Shown here: piece after piece, positions 49,411-62,859 of the stretch
How the letters are laid out: every line of letters begins with the position of its first letter
Numbering within the stretch: the first letter of the stretch is position 1
Origin: Lama guanicoe
Lineage: Eukaryota
DNA length: 64,000 nt
Direction: 5' to 3'
Assembly (NCBI GenBank): GCA_013239625.1
Contig: MU056134.1
Span: forward strand, 1,686,477 to 1,750,476
Position numbers and translations under genes: made by a program
The notes under the pieces: model-generated
What the model saw: the letters and a program-made list of their open reading frames with translations, nothing else
Told to the model about the DNA's origin: nothing
Databases searched by the model: none

Positions 49411-51439
49411 TGACGGGTCATGGCAAAAACACACTGCCCAGCTGCCACTGTCGTTGCCAAGGCTGTCGTCAGGTGAGCTGGAAGGAGTGGGCATGGTGGA
49501 GGGGGTGTCAAGGCAGAAAGCCAACCAGAGGGCCGAGAGGAGGCAAAGGCATCAACGCTGGGGGAATGTGGGTGCCCACATACTTTGGACAGGAAGGTCC
49601 AATCACTGTGTGTGGGCCTCCAGGTCCTGGGTTTGTGCAAATGGTTTGATTCCAAGCCCCAAGGGGACAAGACACAGAGGTGAGGATGTTAATGTCCGTG
49701 CTGGGCTGGGGCCAGTGAGGATGAGGAGAAGGATGTCAGACCGGCCAAGTGGGCAGAGAGTGGAGGGAGGGAAGGCGGCACAGGATTCAGGAATGAAAGG
49801 CTCCAACAGATGGAAGGACTGAGTCCCGGTCTCCCTTAGAGAGCCCCTTGGGAAGGAACAGGTGTTCCTCACCTGTCAGCAACTGGCAGGGCTGGCTTTG
49901 GTGACACATCCCACCCCTGAGCACACTCTAAGAGGACCTGGGAGATTCCGGGCACAACTCTGAACCTTTGAGGATTGAAAACTCCCCAAGGAATGCAACC
50001 CCCACCCCACCCCACCAAGTCTACCCAATCTCAGGGTTCATGGATGCAGAGACCAGCAGCCTCAGGAGAAACCAGTAGAAGCCACCCCAACACCCTAATC
50101 ACGGTCACAAGGACACCGAGGCCTGAAGAGGCAGAGGGAGATGCTCAAACCCCACAGGAAGCCTCTCTCCTGTTCTCCTGAGAAGAGGCACAGTTCCCCA
50201 GTCACCTTGGCAAAAGCATGCAGGGAGTGGGCCCGTCACGTCTCAGGAAGAACGCAAGGAAGCACAGCTGGTTTATGGACAAATGTTTATAAAGCATGAG
50301 CGCCAGGGCCCTGTGTGAGGGGGGAGGCGGGGCAGGGCCCCAGGGCTCTATGGGGTCCCCTGGAGCGGTGCGCTGACGGCCAGGGCCAGGGCTCTGCAGG
50401 GGGTGTGCCCAGTGTGACTGTGATGCAGGCCCAAGCACAGGACCAAGGGCAGGCCTGGGCGATGCTCCGTGCCTACAGCTGCAAAGATCATGCTGGCTTC
50501 TCTCTGGGTGCGCCAGGGAGGATGGCACTGCATAACCCTGCAGGACCCCGAATCCCTACACTGTGCCAGGGGCAGCAGAAAGGGCAGGAGCCAAAAGGAG
50601 CAGGTTACGACAGGGCAAACCAGCCGTGAGAACCAGCTGTGGCCCCCGGTCGGGGGTGATAGGGCCTCCCCCTGCATTACATCTCATTGCTGATGGACCA
50701 CCCCACCCACACAGGCAAACCGCCACACTCCTGGGAAAACAAGCCTTTACCAAACAGACGAGCTTTAGAACTGACTGATGCCATTGGGTTCATGTGTGAG
50801 TAAGCAGAGACTCAGAGGGGTTCCATGTGGGCCTGTGGGTCACAGAGTCAGAAGACTGGAGAGTTGGGCCTCAACCCCAAGATCTCTGACTCCAATTCCA
50901 TGGCTCCTTCCCACGACAGTGGGAGAGCCAGCACCCCCAGCCCGTGCGCCAGGGCAGAATCTGAAAAGAGGCTGCGGGCTGGGACCTTCCCCTATGCTTT
51001 AAGCTCGAGCTCTTCAAGACCAAGGACGGACTGTGTGTCTTAGTGTGGGCGGTGATGTCTGTATTATTTACAAGCATCTGAGAAGACAATCCGGTGGGAG
51101 AAGTGAAAATGCAAAGACGCCCACTGAAAGACCCATGTGCCAAACATTCGCTGTGGGTTATGGGCTAAAACAGATACAGGACAAAGCACCGTGGGGACCC
51201 AGGGAAGAGGGGGCCAGGTCTCCTCGGGAGATCAGCTAAGGCAACCAAGGAGGTGAAAACTCAGCCAGACCTGGAGGGAAAGGCCAGCAACATCTGAGAG
51301 AGAAGGAGGAAGGGAAAGGCACAGAACAGGGGCACAGAGGAGCGAGAGCAAGAAGCACTATGTGTACATGGAGGAAACATACACCTAGCACCTTGCAAGC
51401 CCTCAAGAAGGAAAAGTGGAAACTAGCCAGCAGTGCTCA

Positions 51440-51660
51440 GGGTGTACTAGGTACTGTTGGAAGTAACTCACAGAGCCTCTCACATTTAATACTCCCAACA
51501 ACCCTTTGCAGCAAATGTAATTAACCCACTTCACAAATGAGGAAACTGAGGCTCAGAGAGGTTAAGTTACTTGCTCAAGTCCCCACAGTTGGAAAGCGGC
51601 AGAGCAAAGCTTGGACCCAGGCGGTCTGGCTCCATAGCCCACGATGCTAACCACTGTGCC
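51440..51660 (-). mobile_element. MIR SINE
   Basis: atgaggaaactgaggctcagagaggttaagttacttgctcaagtc. Confidence 0.8.
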
Positions 51661-51925
51661 ACCCGCCTGGGGGGATGGGGCAGGGGGTAGGGGAAACAAA
51701 AGCCTGCTTGGGAAAAGCATCCACATCGCACTGTCCCAGAGTGAGGGGCACACTTCCCTGCTGGCACTGAGGTGATCTGGGGTGCTCGTTATTGCAATAG
51801 TTATTTATTGATCTTTTACGGTGACCTTCTACGTATGGCAGGCTCCGCTAGTCTTCCTTTTATGGTAAGGACATAACATTGCCTCTTAAAACAAGTTCAT
51901 TCAAGCTTTAAAACTTCAGCCGGAA

Positions 51926-52125
51926 GGGTGGGAATAGCTCAGTGGTAGAGCACATGCTTAATATGCACAAGGTCCTGGGTTCAATTCTCAGTACCTCCAT
52001 TAAAAAAAAAAGTTTAAAAAAATAAAAATTATTTTTTAAATGTCCAGTCTTGCTCATAATAAGCAAAAAGAAAAAAAGAAAAAGAAAAGAAAAGAAAAGA
52101 AAAAATTTTAATTAAAAAAATAAAA
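51926..52125 (+). mobile_element. vic-1-type SINE with extended A/(GAAAA)n tail
   Basis: atagctcagtggtagagcacatgcttaatatgcacaaggtcctgggttcaattc. Confidence 0.85.
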
Positions 52126-54125
52126 ATTCATTCAGTTAAGTAACAGAGACAGGTGTCACACAGACATGACAGAAGCAGTGAAGGTGGTCTGCAGAAACAG
52201 GCACCAGCGTGCTGAACTCTGTCTCGTGGGCAAAGGGTTGCACAGACAGGGAAGGCAGGTGGCTGACCTACAGGGCTTTGCTGGAAGGCTCCAGGCGGCA
52301 GAGGACACAGGGACTGGAAGGGGAGGGGCACAGGGAGGAACGGCACCGGAGGGGCTCTGCTCTGCCACAGAAATGAAATGAAAGGGTCAAATCCATCAGG
52401 CATTTCAGAGGCAAAATTAAGAGTATTTGGTACCGAGAGAAAAAGAGGAAGAGAGCCAAAGACGTGAAAAGACTTGGGTTTCAGCAAACTGAGTGATGCT
52501 TCAACCACGACACAAGACAGGAGAACTGCGTTTGCAGCGGCAGATGATAAAGCATCTGTTCTGGATGTGCTGCCGCTTAGGAGCCCCAGGTGGGATCAGA
52601 AAAGAACTGCAGCCTAAACAGAGAGACAGGTGGAAGGAGAGCAGAGGCCACGGGAGGAGAGGGGGGCCCCCAGGGAGAACGGGTAGGGCTGACAAAGCAA
52701 AAAGGAACAGGAGCCCCCAGCGGGGCAGGAAAAGGGAGGTGAGAGGGAGGACCACGCCCGATGGAATGGAGTATGGAGGCTGAGGACCAGGCGAGCGCCA
52801 AGGAAGTGATGGTGGGCAAGTCACCCCATAGTACAGGAGGCTCCATTTCCTGAGCGCTTAGAAAATAACCTACGTTCATGTGATATCCAGCCCCTAATGC
52901 ACTGCATCACCTGAAAGCTGCTGAGTGAGCAGCTTCCCTCACGTGGTCAGCAGTTCTGCTTGGCACTGCCCAGCCTCAACTGAGGGAGCTACATCATGGT
53001 CAGAGCAAAGGCGGCCAGCTCACAAGGTCAAGGCCCCAGAAAGCTTCAGAATCAAAATCATAAAACCGTGGAGTCGCAAAGACACAGAATATCAGCATTT
53101 TCCCAGCCTGTATTTCCTGACCTGGATGGCAAGGATACAGGCGCTAATTTCATGATTCAGTCTGGATGCAGGACATGGACCACGATAAATAATAACTTTA
53201 AGTTCTCTCACACTTCCTTTAGGAGAGGTGGATAGAAACATGGATATGGATGTAGAGATAGAGACAGAGGTAGTCTTAAGCCTGTTGAGATTTTAAGATG
53301 AACATATCAGACTGCTCATATGCATTTATTTTGCTTCTTCTAAATAAGAATATTATTCAACCCTTAAAATAACAGTTGTTGTTTTTTTTTAAGGTAAAAC
53401 ACAAATTGGGAACTGATAAGAGCAAATGCAACAGAAGAGGAAAATTCAGCCTACAAGAGATTTCAGGTGCCTGGAAGAAGGACCAGGGATGGATGACCTG
53501 AGGGAGTGTGTGATACTTAAGACACTAGGCCTTTGGACCCCACTTGCCACCCTAACCTTTCACTTCCTCACCAGCCACATGACCTCCCCAGGCCCCACCA
53601 CTAGGAGAAACTGAACCATCCCTGAGAAAAGACAACATACAGTTTCCTCCAACGGGAAGGGCAGCTTACTACCCAATCACCCTGCATGGGAGCCCCTAGG
53701 TGGCACGCCACCCCAAGTACATGGGCTCCCAACCCACTTCCAGGGCCTCACTCAATGGCCAGGCATTTGAGGAAAGCCTCCAACATAAATGAGAGGCATC
53801 AAAATAAACAAGAGGAACCTGAAGGAAACAGATGATGCAAGGAACCAAAGGAAACTTCAAGACATACTATAAAGTAATAGCCTCAGATATAAGACAAGAT
53901 TTTATATGCATGACACAAGGAGAGAATGCTATAAAAGTGGAATGATCAGGAAAGAAAGCGATCTTAGGAAACAGAAATATGACTGCCAGGCTAAGCTGAG
54001 GAAGTCCCCCCAAAAGTAGAACAAAAAGGCAAAAACATGGAAAATGAAAGAGAAAAGATAAAAACATCAGAAGATCCAATCTTTGACCAATAGTTTCCAG
54101 AAAGAGGTAACAAAGAAGAGTGAGG

Positions 54126-54829
54126 AGTGAGGGCAGCTGGTCCCCAAGCTGGCCTCCAGACGAGCATACCTCTCAGTACTGATGCACTTGTACCCTCCCT
54201 GCTGCCGCTAGGAATCCAGGCTGGCCCTGTGACTCAGTTTTGACCGACAGAATGGGAAAGAAATAATATTACTTAACTTCTAAGGCTGAGTCATAGAAGC
54301 CCTTGAAGGTTCCACCTCGATCTCCAGGAACATTTGCTCTAGGGAAAGCAAGCCAGCATGTAAGAAGTCTGACTAGCCTGAGATCGCCGTGCTACGGCTG
54401 CCACATGGAGAGGTTGCACAGAGAGACACCCAGCCAGCTGCCAGATATTCCAGACATCCCAGTCCATGCAAGTGGAGAAACCAACTTGGACATTTCAGCC
54501 CCAGCAGATGCCACAAGAAGAACCTAGGAACAAAGCCAGAGCCAAAGCCCCAGACATATGGCCCCATCTGAGCATCCCAACCACGTCAAGCCATCTGAGC
54601 CACCCAAGATGAGGTTTCAATCATCGCGAAGCAGAGCTAAGCCATCCATCACCAATGTGCCCTACCCGAAATCCTAACCCACACAATTTGAGCATTAAAA
54701 AATGGTTACTGCGGTGGAGGGTATAGCTCAGGGGTAGAGCACATGCTTAGTGTGCACAAGGTCCTGGGTTCAATTCCCAGTCAGTACCTCTTCTAAAGAT
54801 AAATAAATAAACCTAATTACCTCTACCAC

Positions 54830-54860
<31 letters not shown>

Positions 54861-54920
54861 AAGTAAGTAAGTAAGTAAGTAAGTAAAAATTGTTTTTAAA
54901 AAATGGTTGTTATTTCACCC
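54126..54920 (+). mobile_element. MLT1 (F/G/H-like) LTR
   Basis: ggctggccctgtgact..tgaccgacagaatg, gccagcatgtaagaagtctgactagcctgaga. Confidence 0.75.
54713..54895 (+). mobile_element. vic-1-type SINE with (TAAA)n(GTAA)n tail
   Basis: gagggtatagctcaggggtagagcacatgc...; TSD taaaaaatggtt. Confidence 0.88.
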
Positions 54921-57280
54921 CAGTAGGAGAAACTTATCTGAGAATAAGTTTCCAGAACTGAAGGAAGGACCTGAGCCTCTGGGTCCACCAAGTACCCAGC
55001 ACAGTGAATGACAAAAGATCCACCCCAGTGTCAGTACATTTCAGAACACCAGGGTAAATGAAAAATCTTCAATGACTCCAGAAAGAAAAAATAAAATCAC
55101 ACACGAAGAAATGTAAATCAGAATATCATCAAACTTTTCAACAGCAATTCTAGAATCTAGGAAACAATGATGTAATACCTTCAAAATCCTGAAGGAAAAT
55201 TATTTTCAAACTAACATTTAATACCCAGGCAAACTACCAACCAAGTGGGAAAGTAGAATAAAGATATTCTGAAATATGCAAGAGACTCCGCCCCAAATTT
55301 ACCACTTTGCACCCTTTCTTGGAAGGCCACTATTAAAAAGCAGCGGCCCAGTAGAAATCAGAGAGTTCTGGCAATGAGGTCTCCCGATAGAATAGAACTG
55401 ACAAGGATATCTAATGGGTATAAGTTTTTGGTGGGGGAAAAACTATTAAAGGAATTATAGTAAAATAAATAAAAATAGTAAAATAGAAAAATAAAGATTG
55501 GTACATAGAAAACAGTGCTGATGGGGGAAATATGAGTTGATCATTAACTCCAGGAAAAATAAAAGGTTATACAAGAAGGGAAACACAATTATAGCACCTC
55601 CCTTGGCTCAACAATAAATAATATTTACACAGTTATAAGAAGTAAACCTTGACTATTGAATTGAATCAAAAAATGGTGCTCGTGGATACACTGCTTACTA
55701 AGTGGCCCCAGGTCTTGGCTGAATTCCTGGTAAGACTTGGGGAAGAAAGAGCCTCCCCACCTCCACACCCAAGAGTGCCCAGCACAGGGTGTGTTTAAAC
55801 ATCCATGCTAAGAAACCACCCAACAGTCTGTTGGCAGTGAAAATCACCCTATCACAGAGCAGACCAACTTCCCAGCGAAGCCATCACTCCAAGACTCTGC
55901 CTCTTAATCGTTAACTCTTCTGAAAAAGTTATTACGTGGTGACATACCAGATGAAGGATTTTCATCATTGGTTCAAACTAAATGATAGCCGCAGTGCGGA
56001 TAGATCACAGCATTTCAGGGTAAGTACGTCTGGTCTTTTCAATTAATAACATTATCCCCTATCTGTGAAAGTTGCACTCATTAGAAAGACAAATGCTCAG
56101 AACTGTTTTCCAGGACGAAGACAGGACACGTGGCCCACCCTCATTCTTGCATCACTGGGAGATGAATGTCCAGGGCCAGGGGGATCCGCCTGGGGCCAAG
56201 CACCCAAACACAGCTGACTCAGCCCACAGGGCCAGGGGCAGCAGCCTCATCTCACCAGCAACAGGCTCTAACCCCACCTGCAGAACCCAGTGCAGATGAG
56301 CCAAACCCAGCAATGCCAAACCTCCTGCCTCCTCCCAGCACTGGTTTCTTTCTCATGGACACCAAGAAAGGAAGAATAAGATGAATGTAAGAGCCCCGAG
56401 GGGCAGACTGGAATCTCGCTGTGATGCTGGCAGTATTCTGGGACTGGAAGGATCAGAAAAAGGGCTTGGCAGCCTGGAGCACCCCTGGATAACCGAGATC
56501 CCCAAGTGATGAGCAGAAACCTACGTCCCAGGCCAGCTCCAACTCCTGAATCAGTGCAAACGGAAGGCCTTGATGGGCCACCCCTGCCTGGCCCCTTCCC
56601 GGTCTCTAACATGCCCCCTGTCCACTGGCCCACCCCCAGCACATTGGCTGGCACTGAACGAACCCAAGAATGAGTAAAGAAGTGAGGAGTTTCTAGACCT
56701 CCAGAGCAAGAGGGCTAGGTTAGAGCAGGGTGGGGCAGAGCAATCCCAGCTGGTCACTGCTGTGGCTTTGACTGACCTCAGCCCCTGCTCAAGAGTCTGA
56801 GACACAGTTAACCCATTAACCCATTCCCCACCAGTGAGATTCGTTACTAAGCTCATGTCATCCCCTGGTAACTGATTCTGCTTCTGACCTTGGATTACTC
56901 CTCTGGATGTGGATAGTGGAGAGGAAAGAAGAATCTTTCATCATCACCCTCATCCACATCATAACACCAGCTAAGATGTATTTCGTAGCATATCTACGCA
57001 GTACATATGCATAGTACACAGTACACATTAAGGACTACGCAAAGCTCTTTACATGCATTTCTTCATTTAATCTTTTCAACAACCCTATGGGATAGATACA
57101 AAATTACTCTGTCATTTTACAGAAGAAACCGAGACTCAGAAAGGTTAAGTGCTTTGTGGAAGGTCCTACAGCAAGAAGTGGCAAAACTGGGGTTTCTAAG
57201 GGACCCTGGAGGTCCAGTTATGGACAGCTCCCCTCTATGGCACTCCTGCGTGGGAGGCCTCTCATCAATCCCACTCCTCA

Positions 57281-57323
57281 CCCCGCAGCCGTGCAGCCCC
57301 GCAGCCCCGCAACCCCGCAGCCC
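57281..57323. repeat. GC-rich 8-mer tandem repeat (CCCCGCAG)x5, imperfect
   Basis: ccccgcag ccgtgcag ccccgcag ccccgcaa ccccgcag. Confidence 0.85.
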
Positions 57324-60119
57324 TGGCCTCTGAGAGCTGGCATCCGGCGCACTGGAATCACTCATTAAACCCTCTGCTGGGGAAAGGGCAGCCCAAGAGG
57401 TTCCCTCCTATGTCAATCTGAGGTCCAAAAGCAATGCTGCTTGGGAAAAGGGCCAGGGATGAGTTTGTTTTTTTAAGAGAAAGTTACCTTTCATTTGCTA
57501 AATGCCTATAAAAATATCCCTTTACCTACAAATAAGCTATTCCGGATTGTTTCGAAGGACATCACTAGTGAGAGACTATCATTCTATTTCTGATTTTCAC
57601 ATTTTTGGTTGTAAATATTAATAGGAACTCATGGGGAACAAATTCAAAGGATCTGGAGGCATCTCCTGAAGTGGACTGGGGGTGAGGATGGCCCTGCCAC
57701 ATCTGCTTTCTGCAATTCTGATGCAACTCATCAAACCAGAGCACGCTAGACCCCAGGGAGCAGACCCAGCACCTGCCACAGGGAATCAGGGCTGAGAAAG
57801 GCTGCCGTTTCAGCCTTCCCGCTGAATCATTTCCAGCCACCCTGGTCACTTAAGTGACAAGATAATGCATCAATGTCAATAACGTTGGAAAGGTCTGTCT
57901 ATAGACATGGCATGATTCTCCCCACAAGGCAGGAAGTCAGCTGAGGCCACTGAGAATTAAGGGTCTCTGCCCAGGACCTCTGTCGTCCCCTCCCAGATCT
58001 ACTCCCTGTCCCAGATGGCCAGACCAAAGAGTGACAGGAGGAGGCTGCTCCTAGGCCAGCCAGAAAATCATGCAAGAAATAGGGACTTAGTGTGTGTGAT
58101 GGGAGGGAGGGGCAACCAAGGGAGAGGACACAGATCTTTCTGCAAGAAAAGCCAGGCACAGCTTCGAGACTCAGTAGGGCACTGGAGCCCTTTGCTGGCC
58201 TCCAGCAGGCCCTGGCACAGGCCCCACCCCTCCAGGCACTTGTAACTATCCGCTGGATGAACTGAAGAGCTTGAGGTCTATGACAGGTCAGTGCCCCATG
58301 AGGAGGAAGGATGAGAACCTTCTAGGCACATCCTCCAAGAAACGAGTCTACTTGCAGACCAGGCTGTAAGTGCTCTGAGGACGAGAACTGTCTGGTCACT
58401 TTGGGAGAGCCCACAGGGCCCAGGGCAGGATTCATACACCAGTGGCCCTCAAAACTGTCTCTTAATACTAAGACCTCACATTCATACAACAATTTGCACT
58501 GACATTTATCGTCACCTTCTCTGCCAAGCAGGGGTTGGTTCTCATGGAGTTAGGAGAGGGACCAGAACTCAAACTCAGGAATTCTGACTGAAGATCTGAG
58601 GTCCGAGCTCTCCGGTTTATGTGTGGAGTGAATGAAGTAAAAAAAGAATGAAGAATGAAGGAAAGGATGGCTGCCTCCCCTCTGACCTCTCCCACCTCTG
58701 CCTTCCCACAGCAAAGCACAGAATCACTGCGCCTGGTTCTCCCTGCTCAGTCAGCGTGCCGCCAAGGGAGGACAGTTCTCACTTGTAGGGCAAACTCCAG
58801 GCAGGCTTCCAAGGACCACACCCTGGGCTCCTGACAGTACCCCCCAACCCCCACCTCCAGCAGTGCTGAACCACAAATTCCAGTCCAGGACTCAACTGTG
58901 TGTCTGTTGGGGCAGCACCTGGGCTGTTGCATGGTTCACCTGGGTCCACTGAGGCCAGGAACACAAGCCATCAGGTAGAGGTGGTCCCCGAAAATCATCC
59001 CTGCAGCTCCAGCTCTCCCTTGGGAGAGGACAGCAGGCAGGGGTCAAGTCGGTCCACACTGACCAGGGGTGACTGCAGTAGCCTGTCCTAGCTTTGCTCT
59101 TGCTCAAAGGCTGGCAGAAGCCATCCTGCCTGTCCTTTCGGAGTCCCTCTCCAGACCAGAAGGTGAGCTTGGAGTAGAGAAAGGGCCATCCACCGGGCTA
59201 TCTGGGTCAGAGCCTCTGGGGCCTGGCTGACGAGGCCCCAGGCCACATGGCAGGGCCGTGGGACTCTCTGTCCATTGCCCCAGGCCACAGGAGCAGAGCT
59301 GACTAATGCCCAAAGCTCAAAAGCCAGCTCCCAAGGGAGGCAGCAGCTTTATCCTGCTCTGAGCTGCAGAGGGACTAGGTAAATGAGTTGGGTTTTTTTA
59401 AATGTGTTTGTTTTACAAATTTACAGAACAGCAGTTGGTGGGGGGAGGATAGGGCAGAGGAGAGAAAAGGGGGGAGAAAAGAAAGGAAAGACAAACTGAG
59501 TGGAGAGAAGAGGAAAAGAGAAAACGGAAGCTTTTGGAAGCTTTTAGACATAGGACACTTCCCTCCCCATTACGGCCAAAATCCATCAGTTAAAAGGCCA
59601 AAGAGCTGGAGAAGCCCCAGGTGGCCGGGTAGCACCCAGAGCCAAGGCCTAGGGTGGGAACACCCACAAAGGCTGAGCCAGGTCTCTCTGGGTCCTCCCG
59701 GAACCCCCACAGAAGTGGCAAGACTGGAGGAAACTTCTCCGTTCCCAGGGCGTCCCAGGGACCTGCAGACAGGAAGTGCTTTCCCCCCAAGCCTGGGAGC
59801 TCAGAATAGGCTTCACTGACCTTGGAGCTGCCAGTTCAGCCCCTGATTGCCCCCCAAAAGGCCATGCTCCCCAGCTCCCCTAACCAGACTATGAAGGGCA
59901 GGGACCAGGCCTGTCTCACTCCTGCTGAATCCTCAGCACCCACCTAGCCTTAAGGACCCAAGTGTAACGGGGCATATGGATGGACAGATGGGCCATTATG
60001 CTGACCCCAGGGCGCTTACCGTCAGCTGAGAAGGGAAAAGTGAATGGACAAGAGACCAGCTTAAATGCATGGGTGGGATTCAGAGCAAGAGCCATCATGG
60101 GGCACAATCTGAATGTACG

Positions 60120-61260
60120 GAGATGGGTCAAGCCAAAACAAAATAGACAAACCCTGCCCTTGTGGAGCTCATATTCTAGTGGGGAGAAGAGATAATAAAT
60201 ACTGAATGATGTAAAAATTTTAAACATGAGGTTTACGAAGTAGTGACAAATGCTTTGGGGGAAAAAAAGGCAGATAAAAGTTTGCAACTTCAGATCAGGT
60301 TATTAAGAGAAGACATCAATGAGAAGCTGACATTTGAGAGAAGACCTGAAGGAAGTGAGGGAGCTTTCCATGAAAATATCTGGGGGAAAAGCATTCCAGG
60401 GAGAGGAACAGCAAGTGCAAAGGTCCTGAGGTAGGAGAATAGCTCAGTTGGTCAAGATCAGCTTGGAGGCTAGTGTGACTGGTGTGGGGGGAGTAACAAG
60501 GAAAGGATAGGAGCTGAGGGTAGAGAAATCACAGGGAGCAGATCACGCAGAGCCTGTGGCAGTGGTAAGAATTTTGGCTTTGACTGCAGGGAAATGGGAG
60601 GCCACGGAGGGACGATATAAGCAGAACAGAGACATGATCTGACTTATGGGTTCAGAGAATCATTCTGGCTGCAGTGTTGAGAATAGACAGTAAGGGGGCA
60701 AAGAGTGACAGTAGGGAGGCCAGTTAAAAAGTTACCTCAATAACCCAGGTGAGAGCTGATGCTGGAGTAGAATGACAGTTACACAGATGGCGGGAAGTGG
60801 TCCAGCTCTGGATGCAGTTTGAAGGTAGAGCCAATAGGATTTGCTGACAGGTTGGATTGGGGATGGAGGGTGGAGGGGGTGGAATAAGGGCAATATAGAG
60901 AAGTCAAGGATGATTCCAAGAATGTTGGCCTAAGCAACTAAAACAAGGAAGACTACAGGAGGGTTGAGTTTAGGGGAGGGGTAGAGACAGATACCGGGGA
61001 ATCCACTTCGCACATGTTTGGAATGCCTTTCAGACATGCAAGGGGAGATCACTGAGGGACCAGCCCAGGCACGTGTCCAAATCGGAAAAGGAGGATGAGA
61101 CTGAGACGGACTGGTCAGAAGATGGAGGGGAAGCAGGAGCGTGTACATGAGCAAAATGAAGAGGCAAGCACTTTAAGAAGGAGGGAATATTAAGCGGTGT
61201 CAAACGACTCTAAGTGGAGGGCACAAAGGTAACCACTGGATTTGGTAACCAGGGCAGCAC
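60120..61260 (-). mobile_element. L2 LINE fragment
   Basis: ccctgcccttgtggagctcatattctagtgggga, gcattccagggagaggaacagcaagtgcaaaggtcctgag. Confidence 0.85.
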
Positions 61261-61974
61261 TGTGCAGTGGTGGCGAGCACAGCCAGGAGTCTTCCAGAGA
61301 AAGCAGTAGCTGGAGGTAGATATGGGATTGAGGGAGGTTGGCAGGGTGAGCGGCAGGGATGGGGGGACCATTTCTTGGTTGGTGGATGAGCTGTCTCACT
61401 TCCTCTAGATTCAAAACTCAGGCTTGGACCTTCACTCTGTCAATCTTGGGTCTGAACCTCAGCTCTCCTTTCTCCAGGCCCACCTCTTCTCCTTCCCATT
61501 AGCTCCCAACTCCACCACCTGGGGCCACAGGTGAGCCCTAGGTAAAAGTTTAACTCTGCCCAGGAAAAGGAAAGACCTCATTTTCCCCAGTTGGGAGCTA
61601 TAAATTTTTCTGAAATTCCAACCATTCTTCCCTTTGAGTAAGGAATGTTTTTACTCTTCAAAAGTCTCTATTAAAATGCAAATGTCTCAACTAGCCAGAA
61701 GTAGGGAGCCTGACCTGGGCAGCCCTGACAATCCTCATCTTTCTGGGTAACTAACCCACAGGGAGGCCCACAATTCCCCAGCTAAAGCCTTTACCTCTCA
61801 TCCAGTTCTCAGAATACAGTCTTTTATCATTCACACTTCACAAATGACTAAACTGATTCTCCAAGAAATTAAGTAATCTATCTAATCATAAAACTAGAAA
61901 GTAGAAAGCCAGGAATTGAACCCAGGCAGTCTGACTCAGAACCCTTATGCCATGTTTTTTCAGTTTCTTCCAGC

Positions 61975-62780
61975 TTTTTTTTTTTTTGGTCTTTTTTTTT
62001 TTTTTTACTTTTTTAACTTTTGGTAAAACAGACATAACATAAAATTTACTATCCTGACCATCTTAAAGTATACAATTCAATGGCAGTACATGCGTTCACA
62101 ATGTTGTCCAACCATCACCACCGCAAAAGTTCCAGTTCCAGAGCTTTTCATCACCCCCAAAGGAAACTGATCTGTTGATTTTTGAATGAGTAATACATTG
62201 GTGTACTGCAAAAGCCAACAATTATTAGAAGGTATAGAGTGAAAGGCCTCGTCTTAATCTTGTCCCAACCTGTTCAGTTCCCACCTGGCGCATGAAATGA
62301 AATGGTTTTTACACATCCTTCTGCAGCATCTTTGTGCAATATAAATCGATACAAAGATGGAGTCCTATTTTCCTCCTTTTTTACACAAAGGTAGCACATT
62401 ATATATGCTGGTCTGCACTTTGCTTTCCTTACTCAAAATATCTTGGGAGAACTTTCTGTAGCTACATAGAAAGCTTCACCATTCTTTTTTAAGTAACATA
62501 GTAGCCCAGGCATGAATGTAAAATTGTAATTATTATTAGAGGTAACCAGTTCTAGATTGACAGGCATTTGGTTGTTTCCAGTGTTTTGCTATTTCAAACA
62601 ATATTGCAGTGAATTGACCTAGTGCTACATCATTCCACATGTGTGGAAACCTACATGCTAGATAAGTCCCCAAAAGTGGTTCCCTGGGTCAAAGGGGATA
62701 TGCATGCATAATGATGACATGTGTTGCCAAGCCATGCTGCTTATGGGGTGGTACCAACTGATCTCCCATTGAATTGGTAC
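61975..62780 (-). mobile_element. Reverse-oriented L1 3'UTR fragments (L1MB-like tail plus older L1ME-like part)
   Basis: Poly-T followed by acataacataaaatttac..tatacaattcaatggca; catttggttgtttccagtgttttgctatt. Confidence 0.75.
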
Positions 62781-62859
62781 AAGAATGAGGACCCACGTGC
62801 TCACGCTACACACTGTGGTAGCCCTTGTGTCTGAAACCAATGCCAGAGCAGCTTCTGTC

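Larger units (their letters stand above)
53300..55680 (+). mobile_element. HAL1/old L1 ORF1 remnant interrupted by an MLT1 LTR and a SINE
   Basis: 55120-55240 resembles the L1 ORF1 C-terminus (FSTAILESRKQ..NTFKILKENYF..YPGKL) with no ORF2 following. Confidence 0.65.
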
